DNA from: Chiloscyllium plagiosum
Lineage: Eukaryota
Length of the DNA: 30,953 bases
Assembly: GCF_004010195.1 (NCBI RefSeq)
Contig: NC_057754.1
Location: 5,162,220 to 5,193,172 of the forward strand
Reading direction: 5' to 3'
The translations under genes and the position numbers were made by a program. Within the stretch, counting starts at the first letter, position 1. Every line of letters starts with the position of its first letter. Positions 1 to 12,404 of the stretch are shown here, piece by piece. The notes beneath the pieces are model-generated. The model did no database searches, was not told the DNA's origin, and saw nothing but the letters and a program-made list of their open reading frames with translations.

Positions 1-455
1 GGGTTGGTGGGGTTGATTGGTGCGGCAGTCCTGGAGATGTCCCTAAAGCGCTCTGCGAGGAGGCAGTCTCCCCAATGTACAGGAGACCGCATCGGGAACA
101 ACGGATACAATAAATGACATTGGTGGATGTGCAGGTGAAACTTTGATGGATATGGATGGAGGTAAGGGCGCAGGATTTGCAATTCCTGTGGTGGGTTAGG
201 GTTGGAGGGGTGGGGTCTGAGAGTAGAGGTGCAGGATGTGGATGAGATGCATTGGAGGGCATCGTTAGCCACGTGGGAAGGGAAATTGCGGTCTCTAAAG
301 AAGGAGGCCATCTGATGTGTTCTGTGGTGGAACTGGTACTCCTGGGAGCAGATACAGCAGAGGCAGATGAATTGGGAATACGGGATGGCATTTTTGCAGG
401 AGGTAGGGTGGGAAGAGGTGTAATTCAGGCAGCTGTGGGTGTCGGTGGGTTTGTA
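1..455 (-). mobile_element. Penelope-like retroelement fragment (RT thumb/linker plus GIY-YIG endonuclease), decayed
   Basis: Minus-strand translation near 68-145 reads FTCTSTNVIYCIRCSRCGLLYIGET (GIY-YIG type: VIY...YIGET with CxxC). Near 300-430 it reads YTSSHPTSCKNAIPYSQF, typical of PLE ORFs. Confidence 0.85.
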
Positions 456-464
456 AGTACATTA

Positions 465-622
465 GTCAGGGGTAAATACAGAGTAGGGGGAATGGGTCTG
501 GGTGGGTTACTCTTCAAAGGGTCAGTGTGGACTTGTCAGGCCAAAGGGCCTGTTTCGACACTGTAGGGACTCTAATCTAAAAAAAATTGGCCTGTTTCCA
601 CACTGTCAGGATTCTATGACTC
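465..622 (+). mobile_element. 3' end of HE1-type SINE/HER1-type LINE tail, with partially duplicated terminus
   Basis: GGCCAAAGGGCCTGTTTC(G/C)ACACTGT..CTAATCT tail, homologous to the 3' end of the SINE at 20025-20345. The terminal motif recurs at 589-622. Confidence 0.65.
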
Positions 623-624
623 AA

Positions 625-1085
625 TGAAAACAGAAAATGCGAGATAAACTCAGCAGATCTGGCAATGTCTGATGAAGGGCTTTTGCCCAAAATGTCGATT
701 TTCCTGCTCCTCGGATGCTGCCTGAACTGCTGTGCTTTTCCAGCACCACTCTAATCCAGAATCTGTTTTCCAGCATCTGCAGTCGCTGTGTTTACCCAAT
801 GTCTCTGGAGAGAAAGCAAGAGGTCAGGGCTTTTTTCCTGGAGGATCACCAGACCGCAAGTCTGCTTTCTCTCCACAGGTGCTGCCAAACCTGCTGAGTT
901 TCGCCAGCAACTTCTGCTTCTCTTTCGGATTTCCAGCAACGCGGTTCTTTATGCTGGGCTTAGCATCCCATTGAACTGTGCAGCAGTCTCAGCGGCAAAT
1001 GTGGGGACTGCAGATGCTGGAAACCAGAGTTTAGATCAGAGTGGTGCTGGAAAAGCACAGCAGGTCAGGCAGCATCCGAGCAGCA
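625..1085. mobile_element. Cluster of Penelope-derived pseudo-LTR fragments in both orientations, including a decayed hammerhead motif at 669-698
   Basis: 710-785 and 1006-1080 are reverse complements (CTCGGATGCTGCCTGA..GCTTTTCCAGCACCACTCT..CCAGCATCTGCAGTC). CTGATGA-A-GGGC-TTTT-GCCC-AAAATGTC at 669-696. Confidence 0.7.
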
Positions 1086-1279
1086 GTCTCAATGGGCTGA
1101 ACGGCCGTAGGTCTGATCACATTCTTGTTGGGGTGGGGGAATCAGGGCCGTGCTCTGTTTATTTTTTTTTCTTGCATACACTCCTGCAGCTTTTGCTCAA
1201 GTAGATTCAACACCAGGTCCCCGTGGAGCAGGAACCAACACTCCCAGACACGTTGGGGTTTGCACAACTCAACCAAACC

Positions 1280-2380
1280 TGCCCCCCCGGGAATGGGGAC
1301 CCACGTGGCGTCGGCAACCGATTTGATTGACAGCCGGGAAGCCAGCAGCCAATCGAACGGCGCCTCCTCCGCCCCGGCGACCAATCACCGGCGCAGCCCG
1401 TGCGCGTGACACAAAAATAAACACGTTGGCCCTTCTCCTCCCCCCCCCCACCGTCTCCATTTATTGTTTATAAAACACATTCTGAGAATTCTTAACTTGA
1501 TTTGTTGCAGATATTCATTTATGGAAGAGAGAGAAAAAAAAATCAAACGTTTAAACTTCGCAGAGGAACGGTTTAAACGGAAATATTTTTACTTACACGT
1601 CCACGCAAACAAAAATAGAAGAATGAAATTTCCACGCTTACCGACGAAGTGTATTGCCTTTCCCCTCTGGTTCTTTTTTGACAGAATTGGGGATTCAAAC
1701 GTTTATTTTTATCGCAATTAGCACCGCCTCTCCTCCGGCACCAGCTTGGACCCTTTTCGATTTTCTCGCTCGCGCCCCCTCCTGCCGCCGCGCGCTGATT
1801 GGGTGACGTCACGGGCACCTCGCCCCACCCCCCACCGAACCGCGTCAGCCGCCCCGCCCATCGCGCGGGCGGTGCTCAGGCTCTCGGTCGGTGATTGGGC
1901 AGGGGCTTCCCACACCCGCCCCGCCCCGCCCCCTCCCCGGGCACTTCCGCCCTCTCAGGGGCGAGGGCTCGGTTGCACGACAGTCCCGCCCCCTCCCCGA
2001 AGTGCCGGGCGTGGGATTGGACGCCGTCACCTCCCAGCCCCGCCTTCCACGAATTCCCTGACGTTGATTGGAATACGGTGTCGCTTAAAACTGGCATCGC
2101 GTGACAGGGCGTCCTTGATTGGATGACATGTCTCCAAGCCTTGTATCTCTTGACAGAGCGTCGTTGATTGGATAACAGTGGCCCCTCAGCATTGCGTTTC
2201 TTGCCAGGGCGCCGTAAATTGGGCAACCAGACAGCAAACCCCGCCCCCGCACGAACTTGAGGGTGCCTATTGGACGATGTCTGCCGTTAAGCCGCACCCC
2301 TTCTTGGTGATTGGTTAAGGTTGCTACACTGACCTTTTTCCGCACATCCCTATAATAAGTGGCTCCAAATGGCAATAGCC
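1280..2380. promoter_or_regulatory. CpG-island-like promoter with multiple NF-Y (CCAAT) boxes, Sp1 GC boxes, a CRE, an E-box and a PBX/PREP motif
   Basis: High GC and CpG density against a CpG-poor background. CCAAT at 1349 and 1381. ATTGG at 1798, 1894, 2016, 2067, 2118, 2167, 2218, 2269 and 2310. TGACGTCA at 1804-1811, CCACGTGG at 1301-1308, TGATTGACAG at 1324-1333. CCCGCCC boxes near 1852, 1915-1931, 1985 and 2240. Confidence 0.85.
1642..1790 (-). other. Probable non-coding first exon (5' UTR) of an unidentified minus-strand gene
   Basis: Lies directly downstream (minus sense) of the CRE/CCAAT/GC cluster. Good donors TCG|GTAAGC at ~1641 and CGT|GTAAGT at ~1596. No ATG in the exon. TSS position is a guess. 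Confidence 0.45.
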
Positions 2381-3249
2381 TTTTTCAGGAAATCGTTAAG
2401 AGTTAACCCCTTGAGTAATGCACACACCATCTGTTTGAGATGTTGTTTTTGGCTCATCCAAACGGCACAAATAAATATGCTTCGAGAGCAAAGCAAAAGG
2501 ACGGGTATATGAATGGGAAGGTTTTGGAGGGATGCTGGCAGTTGGGACTAGATTGGATTGGGATATCCGGTTGGACCGAAGGGTCTGTTTCTCTATGACT
2601 CTAGGGTTTCATTTTTATTGGAGTGGCAAACTCTTCCCTCACCTCCCTGCCAACTCCCACACCAGCCTCTTCTCCCTGGCCCAGGCGACTGCCCAGGGTC
2701 AGGCAATTCCCCTGGGTGGGGCATCACCCACAGCATTTGCAGCTTGAGGTGAGAAAAATGGGTAGGACCAGGCTACTTTATCGCACGTCAAACCACAACC
2801 AATTAAACTGCACTGAAAACAACAAGCGCTGGAGATCACTGCAGGTCAAGCGGCATCCAAGGAGAAAGAACAAGCAAGTCTGAGAAGTGTCATCTAGAAA
2901 ATTGCTCTCTCTCTCTCTCTCATGCCTGCTGCTGGACCCGCTATGATGTCTGGCATTTACTACTTCCAGCATCTGCAGTAATTTGCTCCTTTATAATGCC
3001 CTATGCAAACATCCTCAGCTAAATAAGCTGCGCCCATCCATCTCCCCTAGAGTCATAGAGAATTACACATGGAAGCTAGTCATAAAGCACATATTGAATG
3101 TCATATCCCAGAATTGGACCTGTAGCCTTGCATGCTATGACGTTTTCTCAGTTTTGTAGAAAACACAGTTCTTAAATGTCTCTTCAGCCAACCAATGTCT
3201 ATGGTGGCCATCAAGCACCTCTCCATTCTAACCTCATTTTCCAGCCCAG

Positions 3250-3690
3250 TGTCATACGGCATGGAAACAGACCCTTCAGTCCAATCATAATCCCAAACAA
3301 AACTAGCCCCATCTGCCTGCACTTGGACCATAGCCCTTCAAACAATTCTTATTCATGTACTTATCTATATCTGTACCTGCATCGACCACTTCCTCAGGAA
3401 GTCCATTTCCCCCACACACCATTCTCTGTGTAAAAATGTTACCTGTGTCCTTTTTAAAACTTTCTCCTCTCATCTTAAAAATATTCCCCTTTGTCTTGAC
3501 ATCTCCAACCATAGGGAAAAGACACCTGCCACTAACCTTATCCATACCCCTCATGATTTTATAAACCTCTATCAAGTTCACCCCTCAACCCCCTATGCTC
3601 CAGTAGGGGAAAAAAGAAGTCCCAGCCTGTGCAGCCTTTCCTTATAACTGAAGCCCACCATTCCCAGCAACATCTGGTAAATGTTTTCTA
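3250..3690 (-). mobile_element. CR1-clade LINE 3' fragment
   Basis: Minus ORF LIEVYKIMRGMDKV..LFP..F.QR.V..N.LPEEVVDAGT is the CR1 ORF2 C-terminus, followed by the shared 3' tail. Confidence 0.85.
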
Positions 3691-3704
3691 AACCATCTCT
3701 ACCT

Positions 3705-4025
3705 CTAGGAGGCCACCCGGCCCATTGAATCAGCACCAACCCTCTGAAGAGCATCCCACCTTGATCCAAACCCCGAACCTATCCCTGTACCCCTGCATTC
3801 TCCAAGGCTAATCCACCTAGCCTGTACATCTCTGGACACTATGGGGCAAATTAGCACAGCTGATCCACCCTAACCTGCACATATTTGGACTGTGGGAGGA
3901 ATCCCTACACAGACACAGGAAGAATGTGCAAACTCCACACACAGTTGCCCAGGAGTGGAATCGTACCCAGGTGCCTGATGCTGTGTGGCAGCGGTGATAA
4001 CCACTGGGTCACTGTGCCAACCATA
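3705..4025 (-). mobile_element. HE1/V-SINE-type tRNA-derived SINE (older copy)
   Basis: Homologous to 20025-20345, with CCTCCCACAGTCCAAA.ATGTGCAGGTTAGG core and a tRNA-like head carrying GGTACGATTCC (B-box-like). Confidence 0.75.
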
Positions 4026-4927
4026 TGGAGGTCCCAGGTTAATAGCTCAAATGTACCCACTCAAAAGTGGCTTAAACAAATCAAATGATCATGAACTGAA
4101 GTCTCAGAGAACAAAGATTTGTGATTAAGGTCAAGAAAGCTGCTGAAGCAGGTGGAAACAATTGTTTGGATTTCTGGAGAAGGGAGGAATTCAGAAATGT
4201 GTTGTAGGGTTAGTACGGCACTTCTCTTACTGGCACTAAATCAACTGGAGTTATTCAATTTAGTACCATCCCCCCTATCCTTTCCTTTTAGAGGTGGTAA
4301 CCAGTATCCTTTCAATTGATTTGTAGTCCCTGTTTCAATAAGCAGTTGTGGCAAAGCAATCCCCATACTCTCAAGGATCAGAAAGCAATTGATGACCTGT
4401 AAACAGCTTTAGAACATCCCGTTGTTTTCACTTCTGAGATACAGCACAACTGCCTCGATTTGACTCCAACTTGCTCCCCTCTACTGTCCCTGCCATCCTA
4501 CAAAATTTATGCCTCCCTATTCGGATTACCCATTGAGTTAATCAGCCTGGTAAGATTATGGTCACTGGATAGTGCCATTAAGAACTGAATTGGTAGATTA
4601 AGGCATTTCTTATTCCCTGCAAATTGAGGCTTCTTTTGTTCCAGAAACTGTGGTGACTCATTGTCATGGGATATATGAACTGTGCCTGGCTTCACTTCAT
4701 CCCAGTACCTGACGGAGTGAAACTTAAGCATAAACATGGCAAGTGGTGTGGGTCAGTGTAACACCAAAACCTAAAATAAAATTCAAAATTCCAAGTACCA
4801 CAAAAGTTTCATATCCTCAACATAACTCTCTGCCTTTGAACCTAACTTCTTGCTAGAAAAGGACCATGATCTGATCCCATGACTTTCCACAAATATTTTC
4901 CAACCATACAAACGGCATTTAAACAAC

Positions 4928-5330
4928 AGAGTCAGAGATGTACAGAACGGAAACACCTTTCAGTCCAACTCATTCATGCTGATCAGATATCCCAAAATTC
5001 ATCTAGTCCCATTTGCCAGCATTTGACTCATTACGCTCCGAACCCTTCCTATTCATGTACCCATCCAGATGCCTTTTAAACACTGTAATTGTACCTGCCT
5101 CTGTCAATTCCTCTGGCAGCTCATTCCATACATGCACCACCCCCTGCATGAAAAGGTTACTCCTTGGGTCCCTTTAAAACCTTTCCCCTCTCACCTTAAA
5201 CCTATGCCCTCTAGTTTTGGACTACCCTACCCTGGGGAAAAGACCTTGGCTGATCACTCTATCCGTGCTCCTCATGATTTTATAAACTTCTGTATGGTCA
5301 AACCTCAGCCTCCGACGTTCCAGGGAAAAT
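4928..5330 (-). mobile_element. CR1-clade LINE 3' fragment
   Basis: Reverse complement of the same CR1 3' region seen at 6300-6680 and 25650-26040. Confidence 0.85.
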
Positions 5331-5781
5331 AGAGAGGTTAAAAACAGCCAAACAAATTCTGAGACAAACATCAGAAAGTACACATCGAGAAAAAGCTGCC
5401 CTGCCCATCACACTCTCACCTACCTCAGAGAGAAACACAATGAGAACAGCTTCCAGAGCGTGTAAACCGCACCGGCGTGGATTCTCCCATCTCATCCCCG
5501 AAGAAAGTCAAGTAAAATTGTACTTATCTGCGGCTGCTTGCCCTGATTTCTCATGTTATTTGTCAAGGGATTATCAGCAAACCTGATTAGACATGAGGGT
5601 GGTGGCGCTTCCAATAATGGAAGATTCTGCCAAAACATGGGTGTGTTAGGAAAGCAAAAAATTGGTGTCATTTTGTTTTTTAAAAATATCCTGAACCGGT
5701 TTAGCCAGTTATTAAAGGCTTCCAAATGTATAAAAAATATCCCAGTTTAAAGATCCAGTATTCTTTGCCACTGAAGGCAGC

Positions 5782-6680
5782 ATTTATATAAGTGATTTTT
5801 ATGTGAGCATAAGAGGTACAGTTAGTAAGTTTGCAGATGACACTAAAATTGGAGGTGTGGTGGACAGTGAAGAAGGTTACCTCAGTTTACAACAGGATCT
5901 TGATCAGATGGGCCAATGGGCTGAGAAGTGGCAGATGGACTTTAATTTAGATAAATGAGAGGATAAATGGGAAAGCAAATCTTAGCAGGACTTATACACT
6001 TAATAGTAAGGTCTAGGGAGTGTTGCTGAACAAAAGAGACCTTGGAGTGCACGTTCATAGCGCCTTGAAAGTAGAGTCGCAGGTAGATAGGATAGTGAAG
6101 GCGGCGTTTGGTATGCTTTCCTTTATTGGTCAGAGTATTGAGTACAGGAGTTGGGAGGTCATGTTGCAGCTGTATGGGACGTTGGTTAAGCCACTTTTGG
6201 AATATTGCATGCAGTTCTGGTCTCCTCCCTAGCTGAAAGATGTTGTGAAACTTGCAAAGGTTCAGAAAAGATTTACAAGGATGTTGCCAGGGTTGGAGGA
6301 TTTGAGCTATAGGGAGAGGTTGAATAGGCTGGGGCTGTTTTCCCTGGAGCGTCAGAGATAAATAGGCAAAGTCTTTTCCCTGGGGTTGGGGAGTCCAGAA
6401 CTATAGGGCATAGGTTTAGGGTGAGAGGGGAAAGATATGAGAGACCTAAGGGGCAACTTTTTCACACAGAGGGTGGTACATGTATGGAATGAGCTGCCGG
6501 TGGACGTGGTGGAGGCTGGTACAATTGCAACATTTAAAAGGCATCTGGATGGGTATATGAATAGGAGGGATATGGGCCGGGTGCTGGCTGGTGAGACTAG
6601 ATTGCGTTGGGATATCCGGTCGGCATGGACGGGTTGGACCCAAGGGTCTGTTTCCGTGCTGTACATCTCACTGACTCCTT
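5782..6680 (+). mobile_element. 5'-truncated CR1-clade LINE (RT C-terminal half to 3' tail), decayed
   Basis: SKFADDTKIGG at 5824-5856, RDLGVHV, LY.TLVKPLLEYCMQFWSP and FFTQRVVHVWNELP motifs. Contains stops and deletions. Confidence 0.92.
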
Positions 6681-6904
6681 AGTGTATGGGCCACAGTTTC
6701 AAAAGTAGCTCTCCAAAAATCTCTCTCACTCTTGCTGACTCAGCCTCAACCCCTGAACAGTGGTTTAAAAGACCTACAATCTCACTGCAATATTCACTAG
6801 CCCATAGCGTCCAAGTTGGCTTTAGCTTTTTTGGAAAAAAAAAGCTGATACAAGTACCTGTTCTGTGCTTATTTGGACTGGATCCAATTGATTAGCTATT
6901 TGAA

Positions 6905-8540
6905 CAAATAGACAATAGATGCAGGAGTAGGCCATTCAGCCCTTCGAGCCTGCACCGCCATTCAATATGATCATGGCTGATCATTCCTAATCAGTATCCT
7001 CTTCCTGCCTTATCTCCATAACCCTTGATTTCACTCTTTGAGAGCTCTATCCAACTCTTTCTTAAATGAATCCAGAGACTGGGCCTCCACTGCTCTCTGG
7101 GGCAGAGCATTCCACACAGCCACCACTCTCTGGGTGAAGACGTTTCTCCTCATCTCTGTCCTAAATGGTCTACCCCGTATTTCTGACCATTTGAAAACAC
7201 TACCTCCAATCCCATGTGCTTTAACTTTACATGTTGATGTCTTAGATGGCTCTTTGAGCCTGCTCCGCCATTCATTGTGATTATGGCTGATAATCCAATT
7301 CAATAGTTTTTCCCCCATATCCTTTGATCTCTTTAGCTCAAGTGCTAGATCCAACTCCACTGGAATTCATGCAATGTTTTGGCCTTGACTGCATGATTAT
7401 GTCTGATTCTCACACTGTTTTCAGCTATTAAGTATTTTATAGTGGACTCTAGCATTTTCCCAACTACCAATGTCTGCCTGACTAATCTATAATTCCTGGT
7501 TTGCTCTCATCCTCTATTTTTAAATAGATTGGTTACATTAACCCCACTCTACAATCTGTAGGAACTGTTCCAGAGTCTTGGAAGATGACCACTAATGCAG
7601 CCACTCTGTCTAGAGCCTCTTCCTTAAATACTTTGAGACATAGATTATCTGCTACTGGGGATTTATCAGTCTTCAATTCCATCAATTTCCCCAGCGAATA
7701 ATGATTTCCTTCAGTTCATCCCTCTCATTAAATCCTGTATTCCCGAACATTTGCTGGTATGTTATTTATGCCCTTTGTGAACACAGAACCAAACTATGTA
7801 TGGAGTTGGTCAACCATTTTTTTATTCCCTATTATAAACCTCTCTGTTTCTGAAGGTAGGAGACCTGCATTTGTGTTCAGTTTTTTTTCTCTATACATAC
7901 CTACAAAAAGTTATACAGTCAGTTTTTATGTTCCCGCAAGTTTGCTATCGTACTTCAATTTTCCTTTCTTAATCAATCCCTTTGTCCACTTTTCCTGAAT
8001 CCTAAATTGCTTCCACTCCTTGGTTCTGTTTTTTTTCTGGCCAATTTCTGTCTGCCTGTTCTTCAGATCCTAATACTGTCTCTTATTTCCTTTGTACGCC
8101 ATGGTTTGACCACCTTTCTCATTTTACTCTGTGCCTGACAGGAATGAGCAATTGTTGCCGTTCACTTATGCTCTTCGAATGTTTGTCATTGCTTTTCCAT
8201 CATCATCCCTTTAAGTAGTGTTCCATGCCATTGTAATATCTATTATTTAGATTCAGGACCTTAGTCTCAGCATCAACAATGTCACTCCACCTTAATGACA
8301 AATTCTTCCAAATTATGGCCACTTATTCCAAAAGACCTTGCATAATTAGATTGCCATTTATTCATTTCACATCACAAAATACTCAGTCTAGGATGGCCTG
8401 GTCTTCTCATTGCTTCTTCACATTATTGGTCCAGAAAATCACCCTGTACACACACCAGAAATTCCTCCTCTACGATTTTGTTACTTATTTGATTTCCCCA
8501 TCTGCATGCAGATTAAAGATGTTTTTTATTACAAGAAGTA
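6905..8540 (-). mobile_element. Nested CR1 fragments: a younger 3' end (6905-7180) and an older ORF2 body
   Basis: Minus ORF FTQRVVAVWNALPQRAVEA..FKKELDRAL. Further 5' sequence resembles degraded ORF2 (DKSP..D.L, NYR.V) and the endonuclease end. Boundaries are approximate. Confidence 0.65.
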
Positions 8541-9224
8541 TCAGTACAGGTTGACTGGTGTAGAGGGCCACATGTAATCTGTACTTTGAACTCCTGCTAC
8601 GATAATCCCATTCCGTTCCTGAAGATAATGGTTTCCAGAATGAACATGCCTTTTACACTTTGTAAACAAACAAATGGACAGACTAATATCTTGGAAAGAA
8701 TGGTTCAGTAAGATTTTCCCAATGTACTCCACCCCATTTTATTTTTCTCGATGCACAGAATGATGGGGCTGATACTGTAATCAGTGTGATGCGTGAGAAA
8801 CCATGTTTAACTATGGTTGTATAACCAGTGAATTGGGTTAAGTAATTGTACAACCTCATCCAAGTGCTGCAATATGGCATGGTAGATTGAACGTGTAAAT
8901 GTTAAGGCCAGTGGGAATTGCACTCTTTGACTGGTGCATGTGATTGTTTTCCAGAAGTAGCAAAAACAATGTTTTGTGAAGTTTTCTGAATTGTACCAGT
9001 GTCTGTATAAATTTAATCCTTCGAAGAGAGCTCAGCTTAAATGAGACTGCAGTTTTGAGCAATGCTGTAGTGCCAAATCGCAAACAGCATAGTTTAAAAT
9101 TTAGGTGTGAGCCACATAATCTCTCACAGTTACCTCCTGGGACAGGGCTGTGCACTGAAGCACTAAGCACATGGAATGTTCTGTGTACAGGGCGAAAGTG
9201 AGGGCTGCAGATGCTGGAGGTCAG

Positions 9225-9780
9225 TCCTCTGTTGCTCTTTGAAAGCTTCCCAGTCCTCAGTTTTCCCATTTATCTTTGCTATGTTATACTTTTTCTCTTT
9301 TAACTTTATATGTTTCTTAACTTCCCTCGTCAGCCACGGCCACCCATGCCTCTTCCTGGGATCTTTCTTCCTTTTAGGAATGAACTGATCCTGCAACTTC
9401 TGCATTATACACAGAAATGTCCACCATTGTTCCTCCACAGTCATCCCTGTTAAGGTATTGCACCATTGAACTTTGGCCAGCTCCTCCCTCATAGCTCCAT
9501 AGTTCCCTTTATTCAACAGAAGTACTGTCACTTCCGACTGTACCCTCTCCCTCTCAAATTGCAGATTGAAGCTTAATGTATTATGGTCACTACTTCCCAA
9601 TGGCTCCTTCACTTCGAGGTCTCTGACCAATTCTGGTTCGTTACACAATACCAGATCCAGAATTGCCTTCTCCCTGGTCGGCTCCAGCACCAGCTGCTCT
9701 AAGAATCCACCTCTGAGGCACTCCACAAAGCCTCTTTCCTGAGGTCCAATACCATCCTGATTCTCCCAGTCTACCTGCAT
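9225..9780 (-). mobile_element. CR1 ORF2 fragment: C-terminal part of the AP endonuclease plus tether, still open
   Basis: Core of ORF 9163..9906: FLEQLVLEPTREKAILDLVLCNE..EPLGSSDHNTLSF..PWLTREVK. The LD and SDH motifs are those of APE domains. The ORF ends run into unrelated repeats. Confidence 0.92.
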
Positions 9781-10434
9781 CTTTTTCCGTTGACACACTT
9801 CTTGGGAAAGCATGGAACTTGAGGCTAGACACTGTGCCAACAAGATCCTTCTTTTCCATTTCACCTTCTGCCCTGGGTAGGATTTGAACCCCTGACCCCA
9901 AGGCATCAGACTAGGTTTCTGGATTACTAGCCCAGTGACATTACTACTGCACTATCTATCCTTCAAGGCTGGCTTTATGCAAACAAAGGGAAAACCTCTC
10001 ACCCATAACTCATTAAACAAAATTAGAAGCACTCACAGTGCTAAAGTATTCATCTATCAAAGGCTCTGCGTCGATCCCTTCGCTATATGATGCAGACAGG
10101 TTCATGTCCTGTAGCACAGGCTTTGAAGGGATCTGGTCTAGAGAAGGTTAATACACAAGACTCTTCTTCTCAACCTCTCCACTCGTCTGAGACGTGGTGA
10201 TCTTCAGGTTAAATCACCATCAGGTGTCTCTCTCTAACAAGATAGTCCTATGGCCTGGTAGAACAATGGGCGACTTGACCATATATTCTTGAACTCTTAC
10301 ACTTATTCTGCTGTCAAATGGCATTTGTTTTTAATCTCCTCAGCAATTCTCTTACTTTTGCTTTGGTCTGCAGCAGTTCTTTTACACTGAGTGTCTCCCT
10401 TATAGGGATTCCTATAAACCTCTGTCCCTCAGTT

Positions 10435-11310
10435 AGAACATACAACTGTACAGCATAGGAACAGGCCCTTTGGCCCATAATGTTGTGCCAAACATGATGC
10501 CAAATTAAACTAATCCCTTCTGCCCATCATGGTCCATATCCCTCCATTCCTTGTGTATTCATGTGCTTATCCAAAAGTCCCTTAAATGCCCCAACCATGT
10601 CTGTCTCCACCACCACCCCTGGCAGCGTGTCCCAGGCTCCTACCACTCTGTGTCACCATCCTCACAGCACGGGTGAGATGGACTGAAGGGTCTGCTTCCA
10701 TACTGTACATCGCTATGACTCTATTGCATGCAGTTTTGGCCCCCTTACTTGAGGAAGGATGTAGTTACATTGCAGGCAGTTCAAAGGAGATTCACTATAT
10801 TGAGCGCTCTAAGGCCTGTGGGCCAGGAGCAGGCAAAGTGGGACTAGTTTAGTTTGGGATTATGGTTGGCATGGACTGGTTGGACCGAAGGGTCTGTTTC
10901 AATGCTGTACGATTCTACGACTCTATACTCTCTAGAAGAATGAGAGGTGGTCTAATTAAGGAATATAAGATGCTGGATTGACAAAGTAAAGGTAGAGAGG
11001 ATGTTCCCTCAAGTGGGGGAACCGAGAATGAAAAGTATAGCTTTAGGATCAAGGATAACAGATTTAAAAAAGAAATGAGAAGGAATTATTTCTCTCAAAG
11101 AGTTGTGAATCTGTGAAATTCACTCCCCCCAGAGTGTCATGGACACTGAATAAATTTGAGGAGGATATAGACCGATCTTTATGGGTTGAAGGATTCTGGA
11201 GACTGGACAGGAAAGTGGGGTTGAGGCCGAGGTGAGATCAGCCATGATTGTAATGAATGAAGGAGCTGGCTTGAGGGGATGAATGGCCTACTCCTAATTC
11301 TTATATTCAG
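10435..11310. mobile_element. Mosaic of CR1 3' fragments (minus 10435-10650, then plus-strand nested pieces)
   Basis: Repeated GGACCGAAGGGTCTGTTTC tails, F.QRVVNL.NSLP-type sequence and the GAATGGCCTACTCCT tail. Confidence 0.75.
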
Positions 11311-11749
11311 AGGACCACAGAGAGCGATGACTGGTGGTGACTTTAACCAGAGGGTCACCACGCCTGACCAAGCCGGCCTTCAACGACGGGTAACAGTTTT
11401 GGTGTCACTCTGTTTCACAAACCAGCCATCCAGCCAACTGAGCTGACCAATCTCCTCTTGAAGGCAGCAGTTCAGCTCCTCGAGTCAATATATATTTGGC
11501 CCCTTACGAGATATTTTTGGGGAGGGGACTAGCTGAAACATGGCAACTCTGTGACAACAAAGTGCGAAGACAGAATGGGTTGTGTTGCATGTTCACATAT
11601 TTGAATATTACACATGTAAAAGCTGACTCTTTACACTGTGATTGAAAATGTTTGCCTGAGAATTTGCAATATATACATTTCCTTCCTTCTGAAGGACGGC
11701 ATGTTTCACATATCAGTATTTACAAACTAAACACAAAACTGCAGGGATA

Positions 11750-11966
11750 CAGGTTGCTCTGCTATAACGCGCATTTCGTCAACACAAACTCACTGTAACG
11801 TAATTGACGAATAGGGAATGCTGCTTCTAAAGTGCAAACTTTTAAAACGTGTGTTGACTTTAGCATGATTGTATCGCCAACATTAAGTGTTGTTTGCATT
11901 GCGAGATTCTCGTATAGCGCTGGGTCGCACAGGAACATGACTATCGCATTATAGAAGAAAAGACTG
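11750..11966. mobile_element. Tc1/mariner (Tigger-like) MITE
   Basis: TA|CAGGTTGCTCTGCTATAACGCG ... CGCATTATAGAAGAAAAGACTG|TA: imperfect TIRs with TA on both flanks. A related left-end fragment lies at 28948-29043. Confidence 0.7.
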
Positions 11967-12404
11967 TAGGCCACTTGAAGCTGCTGTGCTATTCAATAGG
12001 ATCACGCCAGATCATCCAACTTGGCTCCTGCTACGTTCCCATATCGTTTGATTCCTTTTGCCCCAAGAGCAATATCTAACTTCTTCTTGAAGACAGTCAA
12101 TGCTTTGACCTCAAGTTTCCTGTGGCAGAGAATTCCACAGGCATTGAAAGGAAACTTGAACTTGTATTGCGGCCTTGCACTCAGTGACCTTTCCAGCAGT
12201 TTCCATAAATGGCAATTCAGGCTTCTCTTGCTGGATAACGTGGACAGGCGATCAGAAATATATTTTTAAATCTGAAGAATTGTCAGTTAGAGACAGATCA
12301 GGGACTTTGCATGATTTCTGGGGAAGGACAGTGAGCCAGCAGAATCTTCCTTCCCATTTCTCTGTCATTGGGAGCACTGTGTGTCATTTTGGTGGCCCTG
12401 ACTG

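Noticed and set aside
1349..1367. ER-stress element (CCAAT-N9-CCACG)
   Set aside because: The sequence reads CCAAT-N9-CCTCC, and none of the CCAAT boxes I checked gives the exact consensus.
2016..2314. CRISPR-like array
   Set aside because: Eukaryotic context, only a 5-7 bp constant motif and no cas genes. It is better explained as a promoter motif array.
1573..2375. Pro/Arg/Gly-rich ORFs in the GC-rich region
   Set aside because: Expected in CpG islands. Most begin at non-ATG codons and resemble no protein I recognise.
9163..9906. 247-aa ORF as a host gene or domesticated endonuclease
   Set aside because: The core is a CR1 ORF2 fragment lacking the N-terminal APE motifs, and both ends read into unrelated repeats.
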